DNA from: an uncultured Pseudomonadales bacterium
GTDB lineage: Bacteria > Patescibacteriota > Microgenomatia > UBA1400 > PJMF01
Length of the DNA stretch: 64,000 nt
Assembly: GCA_964637295.1 (NCBI GenBank)
Contig: CAZWWE010000001.1
Location: 20,327-84,326, forward strand
Direction: 5' to 3'
This document shows, piece after piece, positions 9,544 through 19,425 of this stretch. How positions within the stretch are numbered: the first letter of the stretch is position 1; each line of letters starts with the position of its first letter. The notes under the pieces were generated by a model. It was not told where the DNA came from. It ran no database searches and saw nothing but the letters and a program-made list of their open reading frames with translations. Made by a program: the position numbers and the translations under genes.

Positions 9544-10806
9544 TTATTTTCCTAAAATTGAATCGAGAGTGTTTTGTCTAGTTACCAATCTCGCTGGGAT
9601 GAATCCAGATATTAGAGAAGTAATAATTAGAATTATACCCCTAGTTAAAATGTCTCCATTGGTAACAGCCAGTCTTCCTTCTGCGATGGGTAAAACTAAA
9701 GGGTGAATGTCTAAATATGGCTTCAAAAATCCCATAAGAAATAAGCTAGCCAGTAACACTCCAGACAAAGCATAAAACAAAGATTGAATGACATAAGAAA
9801 TCTCAATTGCCTGGGCAGAAATACCAATTCCTTTCAGAATCCCAATATATTTTCTTCTAGTGATGGCATTCACAAAAATAACAATAAAAATCGTAATTGC
9901 TCCCACAATCAAGGCAATAACACCCACCAAGTTACCTAGTAATTTAAAAGTTTTAGTGATATCAGCGCTACTACCAGGCACCGCCTCATCCGCTGTTTGA
10001 ATGGTGATATCTTGATTTTTTTCTAAAATATTTTGTAAATATGATCTGGACTCATTCACTAAATTAGCAGAGGTCAACTTAATGGCAATTTCATTTACAT
10101 CTAAATTCTCTTGATTTTTCATCTCTCTAGCAGCCACATCTACTACAAAAATCCTTGAGTCAATAGTATTATTGCCAGTTCCAACAATTCCTTTAATAAT
10201 AAATTCTTTTTGGGTTTTGCCGACTATGATATTGATCACAGAGCCCACTTCAGCATTTTTTAGTTTTTGTTCTGTACTACTATCAGGCCGATTGGAATAT
10301 TTTTCAAATAAATTTTTACCCACCAAAACTGAGTTAAAATCTGTATCACTTAAATATTCACCCTCAATAACTTTTTTTGATAAATCTGTCACTTCATTCT
10401 CTTGCGCAAAATTTATCCCGGTCAAAACAGCTTGTGAGTTTTCTACGATATCGGTTGTTTCTGTTCGAGTACGATGACCGTATTCAACTTTAGCAGGGGT
10501 AGTTATTCTAAGTGTGTAACTGTCTAAATTTGGAATTGTTTCAACCGCAGAAGTAATATCTTGGGTTTGTTCAATAATTGATTTTTCAGTACTTGGAGTA
10601 ATAAAAAGATCTGCTGAGTAATATTGTTTAAATGAACCAATCATGCCTTGAGCTAGACCTAGCAGTAGTCCTCCGATCAAGACCATGTTTAAAAAGGTTA
10701 AAGACATTACAAAAATAATCAGTAGTGTAGTCCAAGGATTGCTGCGTTTTAAATCCCTGATTGCTAAAAAACGGCCGACAGTAAATGATGCATTTGTTTT
10801 ATTCAT
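9544..10806 (-). CDS. ABC transporter permease, FtsX/MacB-like with large periplasmic domain
   Basis: N-terminal TM, about 250-aa extracytoplasmic domain, C-terminal 3-TM FtsX domain. Adjacent to the ATPase. Confidence 0.75.
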   Translation of the reverse strand: MNKTNASFTVGRFLAIRDLKRSNPWTTLLIIFVMSLTFLNMVLIGGLLLGLAQGMIGSFKQYYSADLFITPSTEKSIIEQTQDITSAVETIPNLDSYTLRITTPAKVEYGHRTRTETTDIVENSQAVLTGINFAQENEVTDLSKKVIEGEYLSDTDFNSVLVGKNLFEKYSNRPDSSTEQKLKNAEVGSVINIIVGKTQKEFIIKGIVGTGNNTIDSRIFVVDVAAREMKNQENLDVNEIAIKLTSANLVNESRSYLQNILEKNQDITIQTADEAVPGSSADITKTFKLLGNLVGVIALIVGAITIFIVIFVNAITRRKYIGILKGIGISAQAIEISYVIQSLFYALSGVLLASLFLMGFLKPYLDIHPLVLPIAEGRLAVTNGDILTRGIILIITSLISGFIPARLVTRQNTLDSILGK

Positions 10807-10819
10807 GTTTTTGTTTTAA

Positions 10820-12055
10820 CTAATCAGTAACAGCTAAAATTTCTAAACCCTCTGGTAACTCGCTAGCGATCTCTGTCTTTGTCAATCCTTGGTAACCCAA
10901 ATTAACTTTTACTAAATCTTCTTGCTTATTTGCCTTTTTTAAATAAGCCTGATTATCTTGATATAAAATTGCTGAATTGGGCACACTCACCACATCATTT
11001 TTTTCATAAGTGTTAATAGTAATGGTAGCTGTCATGCTCGGTTTAATTTCTGATGAAGTGAAATCAGTTAATTCAATACGAACGTCATAAGTGGTTATCC
11101 CAGCAGTTGTAGTACCGATAGTATCAATTGCTGTAATTTTCCCAGTAAAAATAGTTTTTTTATCTGCATCAAATACTATTTGAGCTTCTTGGCCTTCTTT
11201 GAGACGAATGACATCAATTTCACTAGCCTTAGCAATGATCGAAGGTGTTTCTATGTTGCTTACTAATAGAACCGGTTGACCACCCACTTGACTAGCTACA
11301 CCATCGCCAACACTCTTCAATAAATTGACCACTTTCCCGCTGGCGGGAGAGTATACGGTTTTACTTTTTGTGGCATCCAATGCGAGTTTGGCGGAATTAA
11401 CTAATGCTTGAGCAGAAGCAATGTTTTGGTCGGCCTGTTTATACTGATTTTCTGTATTTTCAAATTCTTTGCGAGTTGTAGTTACCGCTGACTTTATGCT
11501 CTCAATTTCAAGTTGTGTATATGGTTCTTTTGTAGTTGGGTTATCACCACTTTCTGCTAAACGATCGTTCATCAAGTTTAAATTATTTTCAGCATCTAAA
11601 AGTGCTTTTTGTTTGACCCACATGGTAGCATCAGCGGTTTCTTTGGCTTGTTTTGCAGTTTGTAAAGCGGTCACAGCTTGTTGATAATTGGTGTTTGCAG
11701 CAGCCTTTTCATCATCAGAGGCTGTGCTCTCAACATAAAAAAGAGGATCACCTTTTTGCACAGTGTCCTGGTTAGAAACAAAAAATTGAGAAATGACTCC
11801 ATTTGTGGGAGAGAATACCTCTGTTTGAGAGGAAGCATTATAAGTGCCTGTTATTTTTACGGTTTCTGATAACTGACTTTTGTGTATAGTGTAAGTCAAT
11901 CTTTCATCAGGCTGACGAAGAATTACTGATCTCAAAATTAGTAAGCCAATTAGTATTGCTAAAATTATTAGGTAGGAGCGATACTTTTTAATGGAATTCA
12001 TATCTAATTTGATTTTGCTAAATTTATTTTTCATATTTTTGTAAAAAGTCTTCAA
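10820..12055 (-). CDS. HlyD/MacA-family membrane-fusion (periplasmic adaptor) protein
   Basis: N-terminal TM. Long coiled-coil hairpin region. C-terminal beta-barrel-like segment. Clustered with the ABC ATPase/permease. Confidence 0.7.
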   Translation of the reverse strand: MKTFYKNMKNKFSKIKLDMNSIKKYRSYLIILAILIGLLILRSVILRQPDERLTYTIHKSQLSETVKITGTYNASSQTEVFSPTNGVISQFFVSNQDTVQKGDPLFYVESTASDDEKAAANTNYQQAVTALQTAKQAKETADATMWVKQKALLDAENNLNLMNDRLAESGDNPTTKEPYTQLEIESIKSAVTTTRKEFENTENQYKQADQNIASAQALVNSAKLALDATKSKTVYSPASGKVVNLLKSVGDGVASQVGGQPVLLVSNIETPSIIAKASEIDVIRLKEGQEAQIVFDADKKTIFTGKITAIDTIGTTTAGITTYDVRIELTDFTSSEIKPSMTATITINTYEKNDVVSVPNSAILYQDNQAYLKKANKQEDLVKVNLGYQGLTKTEIASELPEGLEILAVTD

Positions 12056-12461
12056 AAATGCTTACTACTGTTTCTAAATCCTTTGCTGAAATCGGAGCTA
12101 AAATTTGATTAGCTTTTTGTTCCATTCTTTTCAAAATTGAAGCCAAATGCTCTTCGCCATCACTAGTTAAAGATAAAAGAATTAAGCGACGATCATTCTT
12201 GTCATTTTTCCTAGAAATAAACTTGGATTTGATTAATCTATCAGTCATTTGAGTCAATGCTGATGGGGACATTTGCAATCTTAATGCTAGTTCACTGGCA
12301 GTAATAGGTGAATTTTCCTTAATGGTTTTTAATGTCTGCACTTGCAACATGGTTGGAATATTATCTTCATCACTATCATCCAATGTTTGATCTAGTATCT
12401 TTCTCATTTTCAGCATGGTATTGAAAAACTTAGAAAAATCTTTTTGTTGATTTGTTTTCAT
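12024..12461 (-). CDS. MarR-family transcriptional regulator
   Basis: Winged-HTH MarR layout (…ASELALRLQMSPSALTQMTDRLIKSKFISRKNDKNDRRLILLSLT…). First gene of the efflux operon. Confidence 0.75.
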   Translation of the reverse strand: MKTNQQKDFSKFFNTMLKMRKILDQTLDDSDEDNIPTMLQVQTLKTIKENSPITASELALRLQMSPSALTQMTDRLIKSKFISRKNDKNDRRLILLSLTSDGEEHLASILKRMEQKANQILAPISAKDLETVVSIFEDFLQKYEK

Positions 12462-12569
12462 ATTAGGATTGGTTTAAAATTATTTCATGTAATTAATATT
12501 TTATGTCATAAAGTAATTTTGTCAAGACTGTTTTTTTAAAACATAACTCTTGAATTAGTTTAGAAGTGA

Positions 12570-12664
12570 ATCTTCGCAATACCCCGAATGTAAGTTAAAA
12601 TGGCTCTTAGACCTATAACTACCAGAGGTAAATGTGTTGCGGTACAAATCCCTTCTTCCCCGCA
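12570..12664 (+). repeat. repeat B copy b
   Basis: atcttcgcaa...taaaatggctcttagacctataactaccagaggtaaatgtgttgcggtacaaatcccttcttccccgca. Followed at 12665-12679 by tcctaagatttgaac, a remnant of the 3' part of repeat A. Confidence 0.75.
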
Positions 12665-12880
12665 TCCTAAGATTTGAACTATAGTGACAGTCACTCAAAA
12701 TATTTTTTTCGTATATCTTGATTAGTCCTCATTTTAATGTTATAATGACGTTACAAACGCACATTAAAATCATGTGGTTTGTGAATGAATCATAGTAAAT
12801 TTATGTATGCTGTTTATTATGATTCATCCACAAGCTATTTGCAGCTCAAAGGATGAAAATCTTTTTGTAGGAGGGCCAAG

Positions 12881-13198
12881 ATGGCCAAGTATTTTTATAA
12901 CGGAAATGGGGATGCACTCCCCACCTCTTATGTAGAGGATGTTCAACAAGAATACAAAGGCACCACCATGGATGGAGATGCGGTCTACCACGTGACGTTT
13001 TTTGACGCACGTCGCCGCAAACACATCTCCTACGATACGGTTGTTTACCGTGGAGAACACGAGTATATCCCTGGCAGTGGTCACGAGCGTGATCATGGCA
13101 GTGAGAATATTTCTCGTTGGGACTCCGGCAATCGTGTAACTTGGCAAGAAGCGCTTCGCAGTCACACTCGCGATTTACTGCCATATAGCAGACGCTAA
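12881..13198 (+). CDS. orphan small protein in a visibly G+C-richer patch
   Basis: 105-aa ORF (MAKYFYNGNGDALPTSY...). Composition is clearly richer in G/C than the flanks. Both strands are open here, so strand is uncertain. I chose plus because a GC-rich hairpin follows the stop. Confidence 0.4.
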   Translation: MAKYFYNGNGDALPTSYVEDVQQEYKGTTMDGDAVYHVTFFDARRRKHISYDTVVYRGEHEYIPGSGHERDHGSENISRWDSGNRVTWQEALRSHTRDLLPYSRR

Positions 13199-13207
13199 TT
13201 GTCAAAA

Positions 13208-13232
13208 GGGGTCAGCCCGAAAGGGCTGACCC
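13208..13232 (+). terminator. GC-rich hairpin gggtcagccc-gaaa-gggctgaccc after the orphan gene
   Basis: Perfect 10-bp stem with GAAA tetraloop. No clean U-tract follows. Confidence 0.45.
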
Positions 13233-13262
13233 AATTCAAAACAAATAGCTTATAATCAAAGT

Positions 13263-13631
13263 ATGTTATTAAAAGAAAACTACTCCTTTATTCATTTTCC
13301 AGTTACCAACAAAAATCCTGAAGAAATACTTTCTCTTTATTCTGAAGAATTCGCAATCAATAAACCAGAAACAATAACTCAGATAAAAACGATATTTGCT
13401 AATGCACTTCGAGATTATTTATCAGGAAAAATTGGAGAGTGGGAGCTAGGATCTCTTGCCTTTTCTTTGTCAGCTGATAAACAATTATCCTCCATAGTTA
13501 AACAAGATCAAAAACTTAGTAAGATTATTTTTGAATGTGTTGATATCAAATGGTTATCTGAAGGAAAAAATTTTGATCAATATAAAAAAGAATTACAAAA
13601 TTTCTTAAATTCTATTACTAGTAATAAATAA
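13263..13631 (+). CDS. hypothetical protein; possible immunity/partner protein of the preceding orphan gene
   Basis: 122-aa ORF with no recognisable motif. Confidence 0.45.
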   Translation: MLLKENYSFIHFPVTNKNPEEILSLYSEEFAINKPETITQIKTIFANALRDYLSGKIGEWELGSLAFSLSADKQLSSIVKQDQKLSKIIFECVDIKWLSEGKNFDQYKKELQNFLNSITSNK

Positions 13632-13699
13632 GTAAAGCTTTTTTATACTGTCCCATTCGTCCCATTTCAAGATATAATTCTTGTTATAAAAGTTACATT

Positions 13700-13737
13700 T
13701 ATAACGACGCACGGGTTCCAGACCCATCTGCTCCGCA
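13700..13737 (+). repeat. repeat C copy 1: tRNA-3'-end-like element ending gctccgca
   Basis: tataacgacgcacgggttccagacccatctgctccgca. Recurs at 15058. Immediately followed by repeat A. Confidence 0.7.
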
Positions 13738-13835
13738 ACGATCGAAAAGTTCTGACAGACCCGTCTAATACCGCTAAATGGGTTGATGGTGCTTGCTAAT
13801 TTTCCTTAGTTAGAACATTTTTCGCTTTAACAGCC
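13738..13835 (+). repeat. repeat A copy 3
   Basis: acgatcgaaaagttctgacagacccgtctaataccgctaaatgggttgatggtgcttgctaa...ttagaacattttt..aacagcc. Confidence 0.85.
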
Positions 13836-13873
13836 GGTGTAACAAATTAAACCGAGAGTTGTAATCATCTCAA

Positions 13874-14856
13874 ATGAGACTACCAAAGAATTGCGTTTCT
13901 TTATTAGAAAAAGCTCGAGACTCAGCAACGCAAGCAATTTCTAAATATAATGACCCAAGAAGCATATTTAGAACGGGGAACTTCTCGGTTCTCATGATTA
14001 TAGCTTGGACAGCATTGCTTCATGCCTATTTTGAAAAAAATAAAACTAAGTACTTTTACAAAAAGAATCAATACAGATATCAAATAATTGATGGCGAAAA
14101 AAAGCTTGGGATTTGCAAAAGTGCTTGAATGAAATTTTTGATGAAAATAATCCCATACGTAAAAATATCGAGCTCTTCATAAGGTTAAGAAATAAGATTG
14201 AGCATAGAAATTTACCCGGTCTTGATCCTGAACTTGTCGGTGAATCACAGGCACTTGTTTTAAACTTTGAAGAATGGATAGCTCAAGAATTTGGTGAGAA
14301 ATATTCATTATTGGAAACTATTTTTGTTCCAATTCAATTAACTTCTGCTCAGAGATCTCTTCCAAAAACTAAAATTGAAGAAAATGTTCTCAAGTTCATT
14401 CAAACTTATAGGAATGTTCTTGAGACAAATGTCATAAATTCGCTAAAGTACACTTTCAAAGCTTATCTCGTTCCCAAGATTGGTAACCACAGAACCTCAT
14501 CAGATATGGCTATTGAATTTGTAAAATATGATGAAAGCAATCCTGAGGAGATAGAAAAATACAACAAGGCTATTGTTGCAATAAAAGAAAAAGTTATTCC
14601 TGTTGCAAACCTGAATCACTACAAACCAACTCAGGTGTTAGAGAAATTGGTAGAACGTGATTTTAGCAAAAACCAACACTGGCACGTGACTATGTGGAAA
14701 AAGTATAAGGTCGGGCCAGAACCAAATGCGATTAATAAATCAAACTGCAAATCAGAATACTGTATTTATGATAGCGCTCATTCTGATTATTTATACACTG
14801 ATGCTTGGATAGACATGCTCATTGCAGATCTTCAAGGAAAAATGAATCTCTTGTAA
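13874..14856 (+). pseudogene. HEPN-containing Abi_2 (AbiD/AbiF)-like abortive-infection gene, frameshifted at an A7 homopolymer
   Basis: Two overlapping ORFs (13874-14128 frame 2; 14113-14856 frame 1) join at gaaaaaaag (~14095). The downstream part carries an Rx4H HEPN motif (LRNKIEHRN). Combined length ~325 aa fits Abi_2. Confidence 0.45.
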
Positions 14857-15057
14857 AGAGAAAGAATTATTTATCCTGGAAATATAATAACTAATGATTG
14901 CGCAAAACAAAACACTCCTTTTTTATAAGGTCACATTTGTCTCATTTTTTCTCCGTTAGCCTGGTGATACAATTGATCATTGACGCGACTTTCTAGGTCT
15001 CATTTGTCCCGTTTTTGCTAAAATTACTCTAGAAGCCAGATTTTGGGAATGGGACAG

Positions 15058-15096
15058 CTATAACGACGCACGGGTTCCAGACTAGGATGCTCCGCA
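15058..15096 (+). repeat. repeat C copy 2
   Basis: ctataacgacgcacgggttccagactaggatgctccgca. Confidence 0.7.
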
Positions 15097-15135
15097 ACAA
15101 TCGAAAAGTTCTGATAAACCCGTCTAATATCGTTA
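15097..15135 (+). repeat. repeat A copy 4 (5' part only, truncated)
   Basis: caacaatcgaaaagttctgataaacccgtctaatatcg, then unrelated sequence. Confidence 0.7.
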
Positions 15136-15239
15136 AAAGTTTGATTTATTAGTTTTCATATAGAAATTTGATAAATGGTGAATAATAAAGTATCTAAAAA
15201 CTATATGTCTGTGTTATTATAACTAAGAAAAATATATCT

Positions 15240-16211
15240 ATGAAAACATTTGTTGTTATACCCACTATTAGAAATCTCGATATTCTGAAAAGTTGGGCAG
15301 AGGAGCTGGCTGCATGCCACCTTATTGTTATCGAAGATCATGATAATAAGGAGATTAGAATTCCAGAAGTTAAGTGTTTGAGTATTCAGCATTATTCCAG
15401 AATCGATATCAAAAAAGAATTTGGAAATGATTCTTGGATCTTTCCTCAACAATCTTCAGCTATTAGATCGTTTGGATTTTGGAAAGCATACTCACAAAAA
15501 GCTGATCTTATTGTTACTTTCGACGACGATTGCGCTCCAAAAACACTTGATTTTATTAGAAAACATCAAGAAAATATTGCGTCAACATTTTCACACTCAT
15601 GGATACCAACGTATCCCTATCGAAAGTATTTGTTCACGAGAGGATTTCCTTACACGAATAGAAAAGAAATGCCGACAAAACTTAGTCACGGACTCTGGAC
15701 CAATGTTCCTGACCTTGATGGTATGACACAAATCATGAAATTTGATAAACCTGTAACAAATCTACCAGACGTTTTATACCAATTTCCTAGAAGTATGTAT
15801 TTTCCAATGAGCGTAATGAATCTTGCCTTCACGAGCGACGTTGCGGTATTACTTTATCAATTATTAATGGGCTATAGTATAAAAGATGGTAAATACTGGG
15901 GCTACGAAAGATTTGATGATATTTGGTCAGGTATCTTTATGAAAAAGGTGTTTGATCATTTAGAATTTGCTGCCGTCAGTGGCTCTCCCTATGTTTATCA
16001 TTCTAGAGCTTCAAGCATGTTTGCAAATTTACAAAAAGAAGCACGAGGCATTGAGCTAAACGAAACTCTCTGGAAAGAAGTAGACGCTATTAAGCTTAAA
16101 TCAAATACTCCTAAAGAGTGTTACATTGAAATTGCTAAAAAAATGAGTAAAATAAATCCATATTTTAAAACCACTACCAAAGCAATGCAGATATGGGCAG
16201 AACTATTTTAA
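15240..16211 (+). CDS. RGP (reversibly glycosylated polypeptide) / GT75-family glycosyltransferase
   Basis: The N-terminus VVIPTIRNLDILKSW...HLIVIEDHD...TFDDDC closely parallels the RGP/UDP-arabinopyranose-mutase family signature (IVIPTIRNLDFLEMW...HLIIVQDGD...DDDC) as I recall it. Confidence 0.65.
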   Translation: MKTFVVIPTIRNLDILKSWAEELAACHLIVIEDHDNKEIRIPEVKCLSIQHYSRIDIKKEFGNDSWIFPQQSSAIRSFGFWKAYSQKADLIVTFDDDCAPKTLDFIRKHQENIASTFSHSWIPTYPYRKYLFTRGFPYTNRKEMPTKLSHGLWTNVPDLDGMTQIMKFDKPVTNLPDVLYQFPRSMYFPMSVMNLAFTSDVAVLLYQLLMGYSIKDGKYWGYERFDDIWSGIFMKKVFDHLEFAAVSGSPYVYHSRASSMFANLQKEARGIELNETLWKEVDAIKLKSNTPKECYIEIAKKMSKINPYFKTTTKAMQIWAELF

Positions 16212-16874
16212 AAATTTAGTTGAAAATGTGATAGATTGATATTGATACATTTGCTATTTGATTGTTTTGGCTTAAAAAAAATATCAGTTCTTCTTTTGTT
16301 TGCTAATAGCTTAATATTTGTCATATAAAACATGTGAAACTAACATTTGCTGTTTTTCCAGCTAAAAGAAGCGCTGTTTTTTACGGCAGCAAGTCTTAAA
16401 AAATAATCAAATATAATTCCAATTTCTTTTCGTCCTCACAAATGTCGCAATATGGAAACCAACCCACTTGTACTAATAAAGATCTGTCGCCTTAGAAAGG
16501 CTTCATTAGTTTGAGTAAAGAAAGAATCTATCCAATCCTAAAAAAGTATTGTGCAAAGTTAAAACTAGCTTTACCTGCTACGTCTACGATTAGAAAAAAA
16601 TAATTACTAAGAATCATCTTTCCTTTTCCAAAGCTAACTACTGATAGCACAATCCAAATAGAAAACAACTAGATCTGAGCAAGAGATCTAGAGTCAAGTA
16701 CGCTCCAAAACCAGAGATTGGCGGTCATGTTGAATTAGATACAATTGAAATTAGAATCACCAATGTTAAACGCTATAACAGAAATAGCCATTGATATCAA
16801 ATTAAAAATTGCCTATGCTCAAACTTTCAAAATTTATTTTTTGATGCACTTCAAATTAATACAAATGCGAAAGT

Positions 16875-18962
16875 TTAAGCAACCTCAGTTCTTGATGCAG
16901 GATGGTGACAATTGATACATATACTTTTTGAAAAAATATACCATGGTCTTTCATCTTTGGGTGATTTTTGTTTATTTAATATCAATCTTTTAGTTTTTTT
17001 TAAAACCATTGTCAACAAGTATTTGTACATTTGATATCGATAAAAGTCACCAGTAAAATGCATGAATACTACAGGTGTTATCGATTTTCCCAATAGTTTA
17101 TGTTCGGGAAAAACTTGATATCTATTTTTATCTAAACGAAAACTAGGAATAATTTCTGCTATCAATACGTGAAGCGATTGTTCAATAATAGGAAACACTA
17201 ATTTTAATTCTATGTTAGCATGATGATCATAATCACGTCTTTGTTCGTTTAATTGCAGTATTAATTTAATAAAATCATCAATTTTTTTTACTGAAATATG
17301 TCTATGAAAAAGTGGTAAAGAAAACATTAGTAATCCTGAGTTGAGATGCTCAACTGTATGAGGCCGTTTTAATATGAAATCTGTTTCGGGAAAAGAAATA
17401 ACTGAAAAATTAGCGTAATCAGATAAAAAACCCATTTTGTTAGATTTGTTTTTTAGCCATTCTAAAATTTCTGTTGGTTTTTCAACAAAAAGCGTATCAC
17501 TATCAATTAATATTGACTTCCCGTTTTTTTCAAAAAAGAGAGGAATAAAAAACTTTTTACCTGACCAACCATAATTAAAAAATGCTTTTGCATAAGAAAA
17601 ATTTTTAATTTCTGGCAAGATCTTATCTTCAACTTCTCTTATTTTAAGTATTGAAATTCTAACCCTCTTAGTAAAGAGTTTTTCTATTATAAATTTATTG
17701 AAATGATTAAGACTAAAATCAAAATATAAATAATAGCGCAATCCTGGGATGAAATGGTTCAAGCTCAACATTGAAAAAATCGATATAAAAAAGTCTCTTT
17801 TTGAGATCACATAATATATTTTTGCCTCAGAAAATGAACTTGGTTTAGAAAGATAACTTTTTTCAAAAATTATCTGTAATAAAATTGCAAACTCACTGAT
17901 TATTCTTGCAATAAAAAGAAAAACGGAGAATCTCACAACAAAAAAGGTTGCAACTATTTTTGATTTATAAAACAGTTTCTTTAATTGATAAAAATCTGCT
18001 TGAATAAAATTCTTTTTTATTTGTAGTTTATAAAATATACTGAGTATATTTATCAAAAAAAGTGAATTATGTTTCAGTGGATATTTCGCTCTGTTTTTAC
18101 CAATACTATCAGCAAGTTTCAAATTATTTAACCATTTGTCGTAGTAAATAGACTCAGGATTGTTCCAAGGTTTGTCAATTTTCTCAGAACTAGCAAAGTG
18201 AAGTACTGGAGCTTTGCTTGAGACTATTCGTTTTTGAGAATCACTACTAGTTAAATTATAACAATAATTAAAAAGCATCGGAAGTTTTTGCCACTTCTTG
18301 GTAAAAACTAAATTAAATGCACCTTGCATTCCGTAGGCAGAAATTTGAGCAAACCGAGCCGAAGTATTAATTAACCTTTTGTGTAAAGATAAATTGATAA
18401 TATCTGTTGATAAAGCAAATACTCCAGCATTAAACGCAGTTTGATTCAAGTCATATTCAATCTTAAGCTCTTTCAATAATTGAAGACTAGAGGACATATC
18501 CAACTGAAGATTCTTTCTGAGAGTCGATCTTTTAATTCCAGAAATTATTTCAGTGCGAGATAAAAATTGATTTTCAAGTTTAGGGAATGCAATATCGGAA
18601 ACAGCAGCAAAACCCTTAACTTTAGTAAGATAATCTAAGCTGCCTTGAATAATAATGTCACTTTCTATAAAAACGACTTGTTTCCATTTCTTAAAATAAG
18701 GAGTGAAAACATCAAAAGCATTAAGGTAAACTGACGGAAACCACTTTGTACTAGGATGATCGCGATGCTGGAGCTGTTTAACTATTATGTTGTGAGACCT
18801 AAACCATTTTAACTCCTCCTTAGGTGCTTTGTTAACAATAAACAGGAAGTCTCCGTCCCAACCGCCAAAGTGATATGCGCTCGAAAAAAGTTGTTTTACC
18901 TGAGAAAGGTAATTACCGTCACCCATAGTAACTAGCAATTTATCTTTGGCAACATTAGGCAT
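16875..18962 (-). CDS. two-domain GT8-family (LgtC/glycogenin-like) glycosyltransferase
   Basis: 695 aa, very AT-rich. The N-half has ...IESDIII... plus NAGVFAL. The C-half has a second GT8-like ...LIDSDTLFV... plus HLNSGLLMF (DxD + NSG motifs twice). Confidence 0.6.
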   Translation of the reverse strand: MPNVAKDKLLVTMGDGNYLSQVKQLFSSAYHFGGWDGDFLFIVNKAPKEELKWFRSHNIIVKQLQHRDHPSTKWFPSVYLNAFDVFTPYFKKWKQVVFIESDIIIQGSLDYLTKVKGFAAVSDIAFPKLENQFLSRTEIISGIKRSTLRKNLQLDMSSSLQLLKELKIEYDLNQTAFNAGVFALSTDIINLSLHKRLINTSARFAQISAYGMQGAFNLVFTKKWQKLPMLFNYCYNLTSSDSQKRIVSSKAPVLHFASSEKIDKPWNNPESIYYDKWLNNLKLADSIGKNRAKYPLKHNSLFLINILSIFYKLQIKKNFIQADFYQLKKLFYKSKIVATFFVVRFSVFLFIARIISEFAILLQIIFEKSYLSKPSSFSEAKIYYVISKRDFFISIFSMLSLNHFIPGLRYYLYFDFSLNHFNKFIIEKLFTKRVRISILKIREVEDKILPEIKNFSYAKAFFNYGWSGKKFFIPLFFEKNGKSILIDSDTLFVEKPTEILEWLKNKSNKMGFLSDYANFSVISFPETDFILKRPHTVEHLNSGLLMFSLPLFHRHISVKKIDDFIKLILQLNEQRRDYDHHANIELKLVFPIIEQSLHVLIAEIIPSFRLDKNRYQVFPEHKLLGKSITPVVFMHFTGDFYRYQMYKYLLTMVLKKTKRLILNKQKSPKDERPWYIFSKSICINCHHPASRTEVA

Positions 18963-19425
18963 AAATTATTTTTCTCAAAATTTTTACAATGAAGACCTAT
19001 CTATAAATTAAACATTTTCAAGTTACCATATTCTTGACGAAGTATAACATATAAAGCGATGATCAATGATCATATCATGAAACAAGTATTTTAATCTAAT
19101 TCAACATATAATAAACAACGCATAATTGAACTACTTTTAACTACTGTGTTATAAAGTTCCAATTTTTAGTGATATGTAATATAATTTAGCGACGGTTTAC
19201 CAGAAAGAATTTCTTCACCTGAAGTTGGCAGGGTAATCGAAAATTTAGAAGTCGAAACCGTTGCAAAAGTTTTAAACCAACAGCTTGCAAATGAACCCAC
19301 AAGTATTCACTGCCAAAAAAATGTACTTTGCGATTGGCGCATCGCTGCTATAGACATCATCACCGCTTATTATCAACATTTAAGAACAAAGCTCACTAAC
19401 TAAAAATTAAATGTTATATTAATTT

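Noticed and set aside
12824-13205. Two minus-strand ORFs (12824-13165, 12846-13205) overlapping the GC-richer patch.
   Set aside because: The GC-rich segment is stop-free in several frames. The plus-strand ORF is favoured because a hairpin follows its stop, but strand remains uncertain.
15201-15726. ORFs 15201-15452 (minus) and 15421-15726 (plus) overlapping the RGP-like gene.
   Set aside because: They are internal or antisense to a gene with a strong family signature. They are AT-rich chance ORFs.
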